Below, one piece after another: positions 39,705-52,438 of a DNA stretch of 64,000 nt. Positions within the stretch are counted from its first letter, which is position 1; each line of letters starts with the position of its first letter. This stretch comes from the human T2T-CHM13v2.0 reference genome, Homo sapiens. Made by a program: the position numbers and the translations under genes. Under the pieces are notes generated by a model. That model saw nothing but the letters and a program-made list of their open reading frames with translations, was not told the origin of the DNA and searched no databases. The DNA lies in NCBI RefSeq assembly GCF_009914755.1, contig NC_060932.1, one strand, 5' to 3'.

Positions 39705-41096
39705 GCAGAATTTCTAAATTTTTATCTGATTATCCAAATTCTACACATTATTTGAGGTCCAGATCAAAGGCAACCTTTGTCCATAAGCGTCTTCCTGATA
39801 ATCCTGTCTTCACTAATCTTTTGGGTCTTTGACCTCCTACCTCATCACCATCACAGGCAGCACCATCATCTAATCAAATTTAGCATGAAAAATGGTACCC
39901 TAAAGCTCTTTCCTATTCACTGTGTGGCAAATACTAATAATATCAATAATTGTAATAGCTTAAAAAGTAACTTAAAAGATCTCTACTACCATGAGTTGCT
40001 TTAAAAAATATATTTCTATATTTTATCTTTATTTTGAATGAAATTTAAGCTTCTGTATGACAGATTTCATTTTACATTTACTTGTCATAGATTATTACAT
40101 TTTTGACAAGTATTATTTCACTATGCCAAATTCAACATGCTTTGTCTAAGTCAACTCATACACTAATCATTTTTTAGAAATTGATTACTAATTTATGCAT
40201 GTGTTATGTAAACAGAATTAAATATGTGTACACAAAAGTAATTTAAAAAGAGCTTCATATATACATACACATGATTGCATATTTCAAGAATAATCTATAG
40301 ATTGCATAAAATAGAGATTCTAGAATCATATTTGACTAAAGGTATAATTATTTTCATTTTATTTCTTGACAGTTATCCTGGAAACTGAGCAATAAATTCA
40401 TGAAATTGACTGTCTAAATTTAGTCTTCCATGAATAATGTAAGTCTAGAATATACTTCATCTTTATTTTCTGTGCAGTTCTTTATATGTTCATATGCACT
40501 TGGTTAACTTTAAATGACATTGCTCAGGCAATTAAGGCAATTGCATTGCCCTAGTGTTATTAAATGAATTTCCTCATGCCAGATAAAGGAGTTACCCGAC
40601 TCCTTGTTAACTCTCATTTCAAGTTTGCATAATTTCTGCTGGGTTCACAAAGGTCCTGACAGGATGGCTAATTGGATCCTAGCAAACAGTTAAACACAGT
40701 GACAATTTCTTAAATTACAGAATTTAGAACTGGAAAGGTTTAGAAAGGTCATCTGGTTTAACCTTCAACACAATAATAAATCCTTACTTCAGCATCCAAA
40801 CATTTAAACATGGATTATTTTTAGCTTGAGCTTATTTTTCTTTAATTCATAAAGTATGTTTAATTCTTCAGTCTTTTCATTGTAGATATAAAGCTGAAAA
40901 AAATTAACTGGAGTAATATAAAAAACAGATCCTTTCACTCCCTGGTAATGCAATTAGGATGACTTCTTCAAAGATGCATTTATCTATTGAAGATAAAATA
41001 TTAAGAAGGGCTGCTATCTTTAGTATTTTCTTAATTTAGGCAAAAATAATTTATTCAAAAAAAATAAAAAAGACTGTGGTTGATTTCCTTTATTTC

Positions 41097-41609
41097 TGTC
41101 TTAGTCTGCTTGGGCTGTCATAAAAATATGCCATAGCCTGGGTGGTTTAAACAAGGAAAATTTACTTTCTCACAGTCTTGGATACTGGATGTGTGAGATC
41201 AGTGTGCCAACATGGTCAGTTTCTGGTGAGGCATCTCTTCTTTCCTGACCTGCAGACGGCCTCATTCCAGATGTGCCCTTACATGGCAGAGACAGAGAAA
41301 TAACTATATAATTTACTGTCCAAGCCCTAGACTCGTTTATGAATGAAAGAAAGCACTATCAATAATTATGCCAAGACAACTGGCGTAAACCCGACCTGTC
41401 CTGGGCAAACCAAAATGTCTAGAGAGAGAGAGAGAGAGAAAGCTCTGGTGTCTCTTCTCATCCAGATACTAGTCCCATCATGAGGGCCGCACTCTCACAA
41501 CCTCATTTAAACCTAATTACCTTTCTAAGGCTCCATCTGCTGATACCATTAAGTGGGGGTTAGGGCTTCCACATATGAATTGTGGGGCAAGGCAGTTGAA
41601 TCCGTGGCA
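41097..41609 (-). mobile_element. MLT1A0-like MaLR LTR carrying a 124-bp foreign insertion
   Basis: 'tgtcttagtctgcttgggctg...gggttagggcttccacatatgaatt...gtggca' with a perfect 5-bp TSD, ATTTC. Confidence 0.9.
41299..41422 (+). repeat. Exact direct copy of 43115-43238, inserted in the GA tract of the MLT1
   Basis: 124/124 identical. Confidence 0.97.
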
Positions 41610-42167
41610 ATTTCCCTAAGTGGCATCTGTTTTTGTTTTTGTTTTATGTCAATCCAAAGACATAGAGAAAACATTTCCTCAATTATTCACTGCGTGGCAA
41701 ATTATTCAACCCGATGGCAAAGTGCCTATGAAGAGTATGTTATGTTAAAATACTGAAATGGTGATGGCAGCCCCTCAACACCAACTATTAAGCCAATTCA
41801 TCTTAGACATCAACATCTATTAAACTATTTGTTGCCCTTATAATCAGAGGCTTCCTCCAATAACTTATAAGAAAATTGTTTATAAAGTCAGTCTAATCTA
41901 AGAACAAGGGTTTTCCTTTTTTAAAGAAAATGTTTTTCGTGTGCTTTTGCTTTTAAAATCCATTATTTATCTAATCCTATTTACAAATTTAAATTTTCTG
42001 ACAAATATTAAGTAAAAGACACTGCCAGTTAAATGAGCTCAAGTTATTCAATCATTCGTCAGACACAGAATGCATCCTTGTAGGTACAGCTTCTCTAGTT
42101 GTGTCCTCTGGAAAAAATCAAGACTTTTATTTTCTCTTCCTTGAAAATGTAGACAAATCCACATTAG

Positions 42168-42490
42168 TGTCTTAATCAGTTTGGGCTGCTATAACAAAGT
42201 ACCATACACTGAGCGACTTACAAACAACATACATTTATTTCTCACAGTTCTGGAAGCTGGAAGCCTGTGATCAAGGTGCCAGTGTAGTAAGATTCGGACG
42301 AGGGCTTTCTTCCAGGTTGTATGTAGATGGCCATCTTGCCAATGTATCGTCACATGGCAGAAAGAGTAAGCTACTGTTCTGGTCTCTTTTCATGAGGACA
42401 TTAATTCCATTTATAAAGTTGCCACCCTCATAATCCAATTACCTCCCAAAGGTACAATTTCCAAATATCATCTCATTGGGGATTATGTTT
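42168..42490 (-). mobile_element. MLT1A/MST-like MaLR LTR
   Basis: 'tgtcttaatcagtttgggctgctataacaaagtaccata...tttctcacagttctggaagctggaag'. Confidence 0.85.
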
Positions 42491-42494
42491 CTTC

Positions 42495-42702
42495 TATTTT
42501 ATTTATTTATTTATTTATTTATTTATTGAGACGGAGTCTCATCTATTGCCCAGGCTAGAGTGTGTGGATGTGATTGTGACTCACTGCAAGCTCCACCCCC
42601 CGGGCTCAAGTGATCCTCCCACCTCAGCCTCCTGAGTAGCTGGGACTACAGGAACACACCATCATGCCCTGATAATTTTTGTATTTTTTTTGTAAAGACA
42701 GG
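42495..42702 (-). mobile_element. Partial AluJ-like element with (TTTA)n tail
   Basis: 'gggctcaagtgatcctcccacctcagcctcctgagtagctgggactacagg'. Confidence 0.9.
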
Positions 42703-43111
42703 ATATTAATCAATATTAATAAACCATAGTTCCAAGATATAAATTATTGCAACACCTACCTCTGTTCTTAATACCATATGTCCCACACTCTCTTTGTCAT
42801 CAAGTCGTCCTGCTTATAAATGTTTGACTCTTTTGGCCACATTCTGGTGGTCAAATAGTCAAGCATCAGAAGCATTTAGAATCCTACCTTGCAGTTATTT
42901 CCCCAAAATGTCATTATTACTTTGGATGGCTTGAAAATATACTTCAGGGTGCCATTGTAAAGGGTTTTTATTTTCTTTTCTTTGCACTTGTAACAGTAAC
43001 ATTTAGCGCTAGTAAATGTACTATGATGTAATCCTGAGATCTCATTATTTGTGAGCCTAGATCTTCATATACGCTCGGTAGTTAATCTTGATCAAATACT
43101 AGAGTTGTATA

Positions 43112-43246
43112 TAGAATAACTATATAATTTACTGTCCAAGCCCTAGACTCGTTTATGAATGAAAGAAAGCACTATCAATAATTATGCCAAGACAACTGGC
43201 GTAAACCCGACCTGTCCTGGGCAAACCAAAATGTCTAGGCACCCAG
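43112..43246 (+). mobile_element. MER81-like hAT-Blackjack MITE
   Basis: Diverged match to my recollection of the MER81 consensus: 'tatataatttactgtccaa...ctatcaataattatgcc..gacaactggcgtaaacc...tgtcctgggcaaacc...gcaccc'. Confidence 0.75.
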
Positions 43247-44339
43247 TCATATATCACATCTGGAACAGGTTCTTTTTCTTAGAAGAGCTAAACTGAGTTA
43301 AATTATGGAGACTTCTATTATAACTTGTCTTCCTAGAATAATGGTGAGAACAGATGAAAATTTCAACATGGAAATTTGCTTGCTTTTATCTCATGTGATA
43401 TTACTTAAATGCAAATATTTTACTGACCGGCATGATAGATGCATATGCGCTTGCAGTACTTTACTAAGAAAATATTTACTGAGGAGTTCTAAGGGCACAA
43501 TTTGCAATTAAAATCATAGAGCAAATACATTATTACTCACTAGAAAGGCTTGCAAATGAGTGGAAATTTACTGTATGCCATTAATGTTTTAGTGTGTAAG
43601 AGCAAATCCTGCAAGCTAAGCAATAGAGAGGCTATTCAAATGGCCTGTGAGGGCATTTTGGTAACACACAGTTTTGAGGACAAAGTTGTTTTTTTTAATA
43701 ATTTTTTGTAAAGAAGGTCTATTTTTCTAACAATTATACCATAGCAGAGCCATTTGCTAGGCAATTACTCCAGAAAAAGGAATTTTTAAAAATACGTATT
43801 TGTACTTAGTCATCGCATAAGTATATTGGGGGGTTTATGCAACGACATAAACAAGCAGAGAGTGAAAAAGAATTCCCAAGCACTACAATGTCCATATCAT
43901 ACTCCACAGCTGTAGAATTGAAAATCTGGAGCAGGACAGAAGTTGTTGTTAAAGAGGCATGTTTCTTCACCACTCCTGGCATTTCCTCCCATCCATGCGC
44001 AGAGAAAGCTACGAGTGTAGTTCCTGACCCCTCTTTGCCTTGATGCTCTGACTTCCAGGGGTGGTTCTCAGCCCCGCTTTGCCAGGCTGTTGGCTGTAGC
44101 AGACGAAGGCACTACCAGACTAATAATGCCTGGGACTACTGGTGTAATTGTGTAACAGGGACTCAGCGTTTGGAAATCTCTTTGGTTCTATACCAAGTTA
44201 AAACCTCCAAATAGCCTCAACCAGTAATTGTGGTAATATCTTCATGCCCCTCCTTACACACATCTTTAATTTTTCATGTGGTTCAGACAAATGTGATAAA
44301 GAAGTTTATTAATTATTGTACCTTTCAGATACTATCATT

Positions 44340-45330
44340 CTTTTTTTATAATTTCAACTTTTATTTTACATTCACGGGGTACCTGTGCAGGTTTGTTACA
44401 TGGGTATACTGCATGAGGCTGTGGTTTAGGGTACGACTGATCCCATCACCCAGGTACTGACCATAGTACCCAACAATTAGTTTTCCAACCCATGTCCCTC
44501 TTCTTCCTTCCTTCCATTCGCAGCGTCTGGTGCCTATTGTTGCCATCTTTATGTCCATAAGTACCCAGTGTTTAGCTCCCACTTATATGTGAGAACAGGT
44601 GATATTTGGGTTTCTGTTCCCGCATTAATTCACTTAGTATAGTGCCCCCCACAACTGCATTCATGTTGCTGCAAATGACATGATTTTGTTCTTTTTTGTG
44701 GCTGCATAGTATTCTGTGGTGTGTATGTACCACGTTTTCTTCATCCAGTCCACTGCTGATGGGCACCTAGGCTGATCCCATGTCTGCTGTTGGGAAACTG
44801 CTGTGCTGAATATGCAAGTGCATGTCATTTTTTTTTTTTTTTTTGGTGTATTGATTTGTTTTCCTCTGGATATATACCCAGAGGAACGTATTTCTGTTAT
44901 CATAAGACTTTGAAATTTTATACATGACATAGCACCGATGTAGGTGCTTAATTCTTATTCTTTCTCCCCTTATTCTCCCTTCAATTACTCTCTTCCCCTG
45001 CCTCTAAACCCCAACGCCTAAGATGTCGACAGATGTGGGAAGATGTTTGATGAGAGGGAAACACATGTACAGTATGGGAAAGAGGAAAACTTTGCTGAAG
45101 GTCGAATGCTGGGTCGACTGAGCATTGGGTCGAATGTTACCTCTGTTTTAAATTCTTTGAGAAACCTCCATAAGTGGCTGAACTAATGTACATTCCCACC
45201 AACAATGTTTCAACATTTCCTTTTCTCCACAGCCTTGACAGCAACTGTTGTTTTTTTGACTTTCTAATAACAGCCATTCTGACCGGTTGAGATGGTATCT
45301 CATTGTGATTTTGATTTGCATTTCTCTGAT
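44340..45330 (-). mobile_element. L1PA15/16-like 3' end with an internal ~250-bp foreign insertion (about 44882-45130)
   Basis: 'caggtttgttacatgggtatactgcatga...gatcccatcacccaggtactga'. L1 sequence stops at 'gatatatacccag' and resumes at 'gggtcgaatg...ctgtttttaaattctttgagaaacctcca'. Confidence 0.88.
44895..44991 (-). repeat. Inverted copy of 45853-45949
   Basis: 92/97 identical to the reverse complement, ungapped. Confidence 0.95.
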
Positions 45331-45383
45331 TAAAAGACAATTGTTTAATGAGGAGCACTTGTTATCACACAGCTGAGACTTGT

Positions 45384-45767
45384 TGATATGGTTTGGCTCT
45401 GAGTCCTCACCTGTATCGCATGTCAAATTGTAATTCCCAGCGTCGGGTGAGGGACCTAGTGGGAGGTGATTGGATCATGGGGGAAGATTTCTCCCTTGCT
45501 GCTCTCGTGATAGTGAGTGAGTTCTCAGGAGATCTGTTTGTTTAAAAGTGTGTAGCACCTCCCCCTTCACTCTCTCTCTCCTGCTTTGTCTTGGTAAGAC
45601 GTGCCTGCTTTCCCTTAGCCTTCTGCCATCATTGTAAGTTTCCTGAGGCCTCCCAGCCATGCTTCCTGTAAAGCCTGCAGAACGGTGAGTCAATTAAACC
45701 TCTTTTCTTCATGAATTACCCAGTCTCAGGCATTCCTTTACAGCAGTGTGAGAACGAACTAGTAACA
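45384..45767 (+). mobile_element. MSTA solo LTR
   Basis: 'tgatatggtttggctctg...gtgagtcaattaaacctcttttcttc' with a perfect 5-bp TSD, CTTGT. Confidence 0.92.
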
Positions 45768-45989
45768 CTTGTGATGATTAGCAAACGATAAGAGGGGCAT
45801 GCTTTGGAAGGAACCAGTGTATTTTAAGTTGTCCTCTTTCCCCAAGTGTATAAGAGTAATTGAAGGGAGGAAAAGGGGAGAAAGAATAAGAATTAAGCAC
45901 CTACATTGGTGCTATGTTATGTATAAAATTTCAAAGTCTTATAATAACACTAACAACTAATTATAATTATCTCAAGTTCATAGATGAAG

Positions 45990-46490
45990 AACGCTTTCTT
46001 CATTGCTGTATAATAAACCAACACAAAACTTTGAAACTTTAAACAGTAATAATTTATTGGTTCTCATAATACTGTGAATTGGCTGGCCTCAGCCCAGTGG
46101 TTCTTCTGCTCCACTGGGTGAAGACTGAGTTCACTTATATGGCTGCATCCCAGATGGCTTCATTCATTTGTCTGGTGTCTCAAATGGGATGACTACAACT
46201 AATGGAGGACGGAGTGGCCTCTAACTCCATCAGGATAATTGCACTTCTTACATAGTGACCCATAGCTCCACAAGCATGAAAACAGACACCACTTAAACTC
46301 TTATAACCTAGTTCCAGAATTGGCACTACATCTATTCTGCCATATTCCATTAATCATAGCAAGTCACAAAGCTGGCTCAGATTTAAATTGGGGAGAAACA
46401 GACTCTACCTCTGGATAAGATGAGCACCACGTGTATAGAGAGATAGTAGATATTGTTGGCAGCCCTTTTTGGAGACAATTTTGTACAAAG
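45990..46490 (-). mobile_element. MLT1H-like MaLR LTR inserted in a MIR
   Basis: 'attgctgtataataaacca...' and 'ttctgccatattccattaatcatagcaagtcacaaagctggctcagattta'. MIR sequence lies on both flanks. Confidence 0.7.
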
Positions 46491-47310
46491 ACATTAAAGG
46501 TCAGAGGAGATAAATAATTTGTTTAAGATCACACTGCTAGAAAGTGGGAAATCTGGTATTAAACTACCCTATCTACCTGATTCTAAAGCAGGGTCTTTCA
46601 ACTACACCAGTGATTTTTAGACCATGCTCAGTTTATAAGCCCACAGTGCCAACTGGGGCAGTTCCATCCTTAGCTGGGTGATAATGTGTTGTTTATGTAT
46701 GGTTTTCTTTGAAGGGAAGACTCAGAGGCTAAACAGATTTGAAAAATAACACCCTACACTGCATTTGCTTGCTTTGAGAGATGAAGGCAGTAACTATGTC
46801 CTCAAGTACTTTACAGTCACTCAAAAATAAAACAGCAGAATTTTGGTCACAGAGAAAAGAGCTAGAAGTTTTCTCAATCCTAAGAACTTTTGTCATGATC
46901 CGTACAAATATAAATACAAAAGTTTCTTTAACATTTTGCTATAAAAGATCTTAGAATTTTGGAAAACTTTTTAAGTAAATGTTGCCCCTAAAAAAAAAAA
47001 AAAATGTTGCTGCCTTTTTAAGTAAATGTTGCCACCACAGTATAAAATAATTTCTGATGGAATTAGGAAAAAAATCAAAACCTGCTTCCCTTGGCTTTTT
47101 ATATGTTACCAGATGATTTTTATCTTCTCAGTTGGTGAGTGTTTACAAAATTAGTCTGTGAAAATGCATAGTCCATAAACAAATGAAAGTGATTTGGCTG
47201 AAAAAAATTATCATTTGTACACTTTTAAATAGACTGCTTGAGTAGGTTCCTGCTTTATATTATACTTGCTACTATTCTAGTCTCCATAAGGTGATCTCGA
47301 AAGATCATTG

Positions 47311-47616
<306 letters not shown>

Positions 47617-49460
47617 AAGATCATTGTAATTACTCAAATCTTATTTTTATGGAAATGAATGAGAATATGTAGAAACATTATGTAAAGCTTTAATGTTTTT
47701 ATTGATAATTGAAGTTAAGTGAATATGGACAAAAAGTTTTAGAGACAAATTCTCTATTTGTTTTCTTACCCATGAGAATAAAAGTTGTCCAAATAATATC
47801 AACAAATGAGATATTTTCTCTTTATAAAATTTGGAGAATATGAATTGTACAGTTTACAGAAAAAAATATTTTTGACATTTAGAGTGTAGATAGCACATAT
47901 TTGGGGAAGGGATTTTAGTGTGAGTAACAGATTTGGATATTAGAATAGTAAAACTGGAAAGGATATTAAAATCATCTAGTTTATCTCCCATTTTAATCTG
48001 GGTAGCTAATACCCAAAGACTTGTCCTTAGCTTCAAGTAGTGCATCTCAGTTGGCAGTAATCCTGGAGATAATCTCAGGTCGTCTCTCCATCACACCAGG
48101 CTATATACTACATGTGTTCCTTTTTCTCTCCTTGCATTTCTCTTGCCACTTAATAAACTTCAACTTGCATATTGTGGTGGAAAGAAAGCTGAAGCACAAT
48201 ATAAGATAATTGGGGCGTGTGAGGAGACATACTTATCCCAAATCAAACTTGAATGACTGACTTAACATATCCAAGCCTAAGCTTAAGTGGGGTACTGTGT
48301 CATTTATATGCTGTCATGTTTTAGAATATTCTTCTGTTCTTTAAGAAATGATAGAACACCATAATTTTACCCCTAAGCCTGTCAATGCGTCCAAATTCTG
48401 ATTTGAAGAATTTAAAATAACAAATGAGTTGTGAGTAGGTTTGAAATAATTTTCTTTTATTTGATTGCAGTAGAGTGTGCCTAGCAACCTATATATAGGA
48501 TATGAGTAAAGTGAATTCTGTTCAGACTAATGTTTTAGATTTGTTCTTTTCATGCATGTACTTTCACATATATTATTCTCTTCAGTTTAAAAGGTGTTAA
48601 ATGTTCCTACTTATTACTGAGGTACAAGCACTATGATATTGTTCAACAAAATTTGTATTTACATAAAGTTATATCTCAACTTACCCAAAACTTTAAGAAA
48701 ACGCTTCTCTAACAGTATGGCTTCTGCAATTAGGATGTGGAAATAAGTAAATGCTTAACATACTTTTTAAATGAATGTAATTATTTTTCATTGAGTCAAA
48801 GATGAGAAAACAATCTTTCCTGTAATATCACTCATATCCAATCAAGTGCCCAACAAATAACAATTTTCTAACTATCAGATTATCTAATCTTTTCCTGATC
48901 TTTTATTTCTTAACAAAAAGAAAAATGTTTGCTCTTCATGGTAGCATTTCAACGACGATCAATTAACCTCCAACCCCTTATACTGTAGGACTCCTTGAAA
49001 CACTATTTTAAAGCTGCTCTCGGCGTGTATTACTCTCTCGGTTTTTATTTCACTTATGCATTCACTCATCAAGTAATTATTGGATGGCTAATATGTAAAA
49101 TGAAACATTAAGATATCATCCTTGCTCTTGATGAATTTACCACTAATCTAGCAGGAGGAAAAATAAATTGTTACTCTATTAGCAACAAAAACAACACACT
49201 GCAGTTTTTGCTGCTTCGTGAGTGGGTGATACAATTCATATCAATGGAAAAAATAAAGCTCTGCCCTTCTGTCTTCCACTTAGATAGACAGGGATGGAAT
49301 AAGGAAAAACCTGCACTGTCAGAGCTTTAGTGCCGCTAAAGAGAAAAGTCTGAAATGATTAGCCTTTTTTTCTTTAGTAGAACATATTAATTTCTGACAA
49401 TGCAAAGTGAATCCCTTAGCTACATAGGATATGGAAACAAAGATTGTTTTGTGTGAAAAT

Positions 49461-49863
49461 GATGATGAGCAATTTTTTCATACATCTGTTGGCTGCCTAA
49501 ATGTATTCTTTTGAGAAGTGTCTGTTCATATCCTTTGCCCACTTTTTGATGGGGTTGTTTTTTTCTTGTAAATATGTTTAAGTCCTTTGTAGATTCTGGA
49601 TATTAGCCCTTTGTCAGATGGATCGATTGCAAAAATTTTCTCCCATTCTGTAGGCTGCCCGTTGACTCTGATGATAGTTACTTTTGCTGTGCAGAAGCTC
49701 TTTAGTTTAATTAGATCCCATTTGTCTGTTTTGGCTTCCGTTGCCATTGCTTTTGGTGTTTTAGTCATGAAGTCTTTGCCCGTGCCTATGTCCTGAATGG
49801 TATTGCCTAGGTTTTCTTCTAGAGTTTTTATGGTGTTAGGTCTTACATTTAAGTCTTTAATCT
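49461..49863 (-). mobile_element. L1PA ORF2 internal fragment
   Basis: ORF 49526..49897 reads [41 protein letters not shown]...[15 protein letters not shown], which is the C-terminal region of L1 ORF2p. Confidence 0.95.
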
Positions 49864-50201
49864 GCCTCATGCATAGTTTTAATAGATGATTGGACATAAT
49901 TGAAGAGAGATTTGGTAGGCTGAAAGATCGATAAGATTAAAATAACCAGAAAGAAACACAGAGAACATGAATGATAAAAAATACAAAAAATATTCCAGAC
50001 ATATGCAGATGTAAGAAAAATGTCAAATTTATTTGTAACTGGAGTCCCAGGTTGAGAACAAAGATAATGGGTCAGAAATATTATTTGAAGAAAATGGCTA
50101 AAAATGTCCCAAATCTTACAAGTCATTAAACCACACTTTGAGGAAGTACCACATACTCCATCTGGGATAAGACATACACATAAGAAAACACACTTAACCA
50201 T

Positions 50202-50965
50202 TGTATTATTTCCCCAGGGCGGTCATTTAAAAATCACAACAAACTTAGCAGCTGAAAACAGCAGAGATATATTCTCTTACAGTTCTGGAGGCCAGAAGTT
50301 CTGAAATCAGAATATTAGCAGGGTTGTGTTCCCTCTGAAGCTTCTAGGGAGGAATCCTTCCTTGCCATTTCTTGGGTTCTAGTATCTCCTGGAATTACAT
50401 TATGCTCCTTGGTTTGTGGCTGCATCACGACAGCCTCTGCTCTGTCTTCATATGGCCTTCTTCTGTCTCTCATTTTTTTTTTATTGTTTTATTTATTTAT
50501 TTGTTTTGGGACTTGGAGACTGAGTCTCACTCGGTCGCCAGGCTGGAGGTGCGATCTTGGCTAACTGCAACCTCCGCCTCCTGGGTTCAAGCCATTCTCA
50601 TGCCTCAGCCTCCCAAGTAGCTGGGATTACAGGCACGCACCACCATACCCAGCTAATTTTTGTATTTTTGGTAGAGACGGGGTTTCACCATGTTGGCCAG
50701 GATGGTCTTGATCTCCTGACCTCGTGATCCGCCCTCCTCGGCCTCCCAAAGTGTTGGGATTACAGGTGTAAGCCATCGCATCCAGCCCTTCTTCTGTCTC
50801 TTATAAGTACAAACACCTAAGATTTAGGACCTAACCAGATCCAGTATGATCTCATCTTGATCCTTACCTAATTACATTTGCAAACATCCCATTTCCAAAT
50901 AAGGCCACACGCTGAAGTTCTTGGTAGACATAAATATTGGGAGAGATGATATTTGGTCTGCTACA
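50202..50965 (-). mobile_element. MLT1B/C MaLR LTR containing an Alu
   Basis: 'tacagttctggaggccagaagt...ctagggaggaatccttccttgcc...atttccaaataaggccacac' with TSD accat/aacat. Confidence 0.88.
50474..50787 (-). mobile_element. Alu (AluSc-like)
   Basis: 'ccaggatggtcttgatctcctgacctcgtgatccgcc' with TSD 'cttcttctgtctct'. Confidence 0.95.
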
Positions 50966-51670
50966 AACATATAATAATAAAACTGTTGAAAATAAATGAC
51001 AAAGAGGAATATTGAAAAGTTTGCATAAGAAAGGACAGATTATCATCAAAAACAGCAAAACAAGACTAATAGCTGACCTCTCAAGACAATTAGAAGACAG
51101 AAGACATAAAACTATATTTTAATAGTGCTGAAAGAAAACAGTTGTCAGTCTAAAATTCTACACCCAGCAAAATATCATTTAAAAATGAGGTTAAAATAAA
51201 GACTTTCAAACAAACCAAATCAATAGAAATTTTATAGAATACTCTTGCATTAAATGAGTCTGTGATAAGTATTATCACATAGAAAGAAATTTATCCCAGC
51301 AGGAAGCTCAAAAATTCAGGAACAGATAAACAGCAAAAAAGAGTAACTATGTGGATAAATGTAAACAAATTCTAACTGCATAAAGCAATTACAATAATTT
51401 ATCATGTTGTTTAAACATACACACACATGCACACGCACATATATTCACATTTAAAAAGGATGAAAACAGTATCCAAAAGTAGTAAATCTATCCAAATATG
51501 AAAGTAGACATTGAGGCAAAAATTACTAAATATAGAAAGAGATACTCTACAATAATAAAAGAATTAATTCACCTGGAAAATAATTAAAAGTTTCTATATA
51601 TAAAAATTATTTGATTTCAAACATTTAAGGCAAAAATGAACACAACTAAAGGTGAAATAGTCAACTATTG

Positions 51671-52061
<391 letters not shown>

Positions 52062-52305
52062 TTAAGAAACCTGGCCTTGTAAAGATATAGAGAACTACTC
52101 CAACAATTGCAGAATATGTATTTTTCAAGGATACATGGAATATGTATAAAAATTAATTATCTGGTCCATAAAGTCTCAAAAATTTCAAATAAAATTTGAA
52201 AATGGAAATACATGGACTATACTCTTTTCATACAGTGGAGTTAAAGTAGAAGTCAACACAGAAAGGTAGCAGTAGATCTCCAATCATTTAGAAATTAAAT
52301 AGTTT

Positions 52306-52438
52306 ATACCTAATGCTAAATGACGAGTTAATGGGTGCAGCACATCAACACGGCACATGTATACATATGTAACAAACCTGCACATTGTGCACATGTACCC
52401 TAAAACTTAAAGTATAATAATAATCAAATTTTAAAAAA
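52306..52438 (+). mobile_element. Young, severely 5'-truncated L1PA2-4 3' end with 16-bp TSD
   Basis: 'atacctaatgctaaatgacgagttaatgggtgcagcac...gtaccctaaaacttaaagtataat' with TSD AGAAATTAAATAGTTT (52290-52305 and 52439-52454). Confidence 0.95.
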
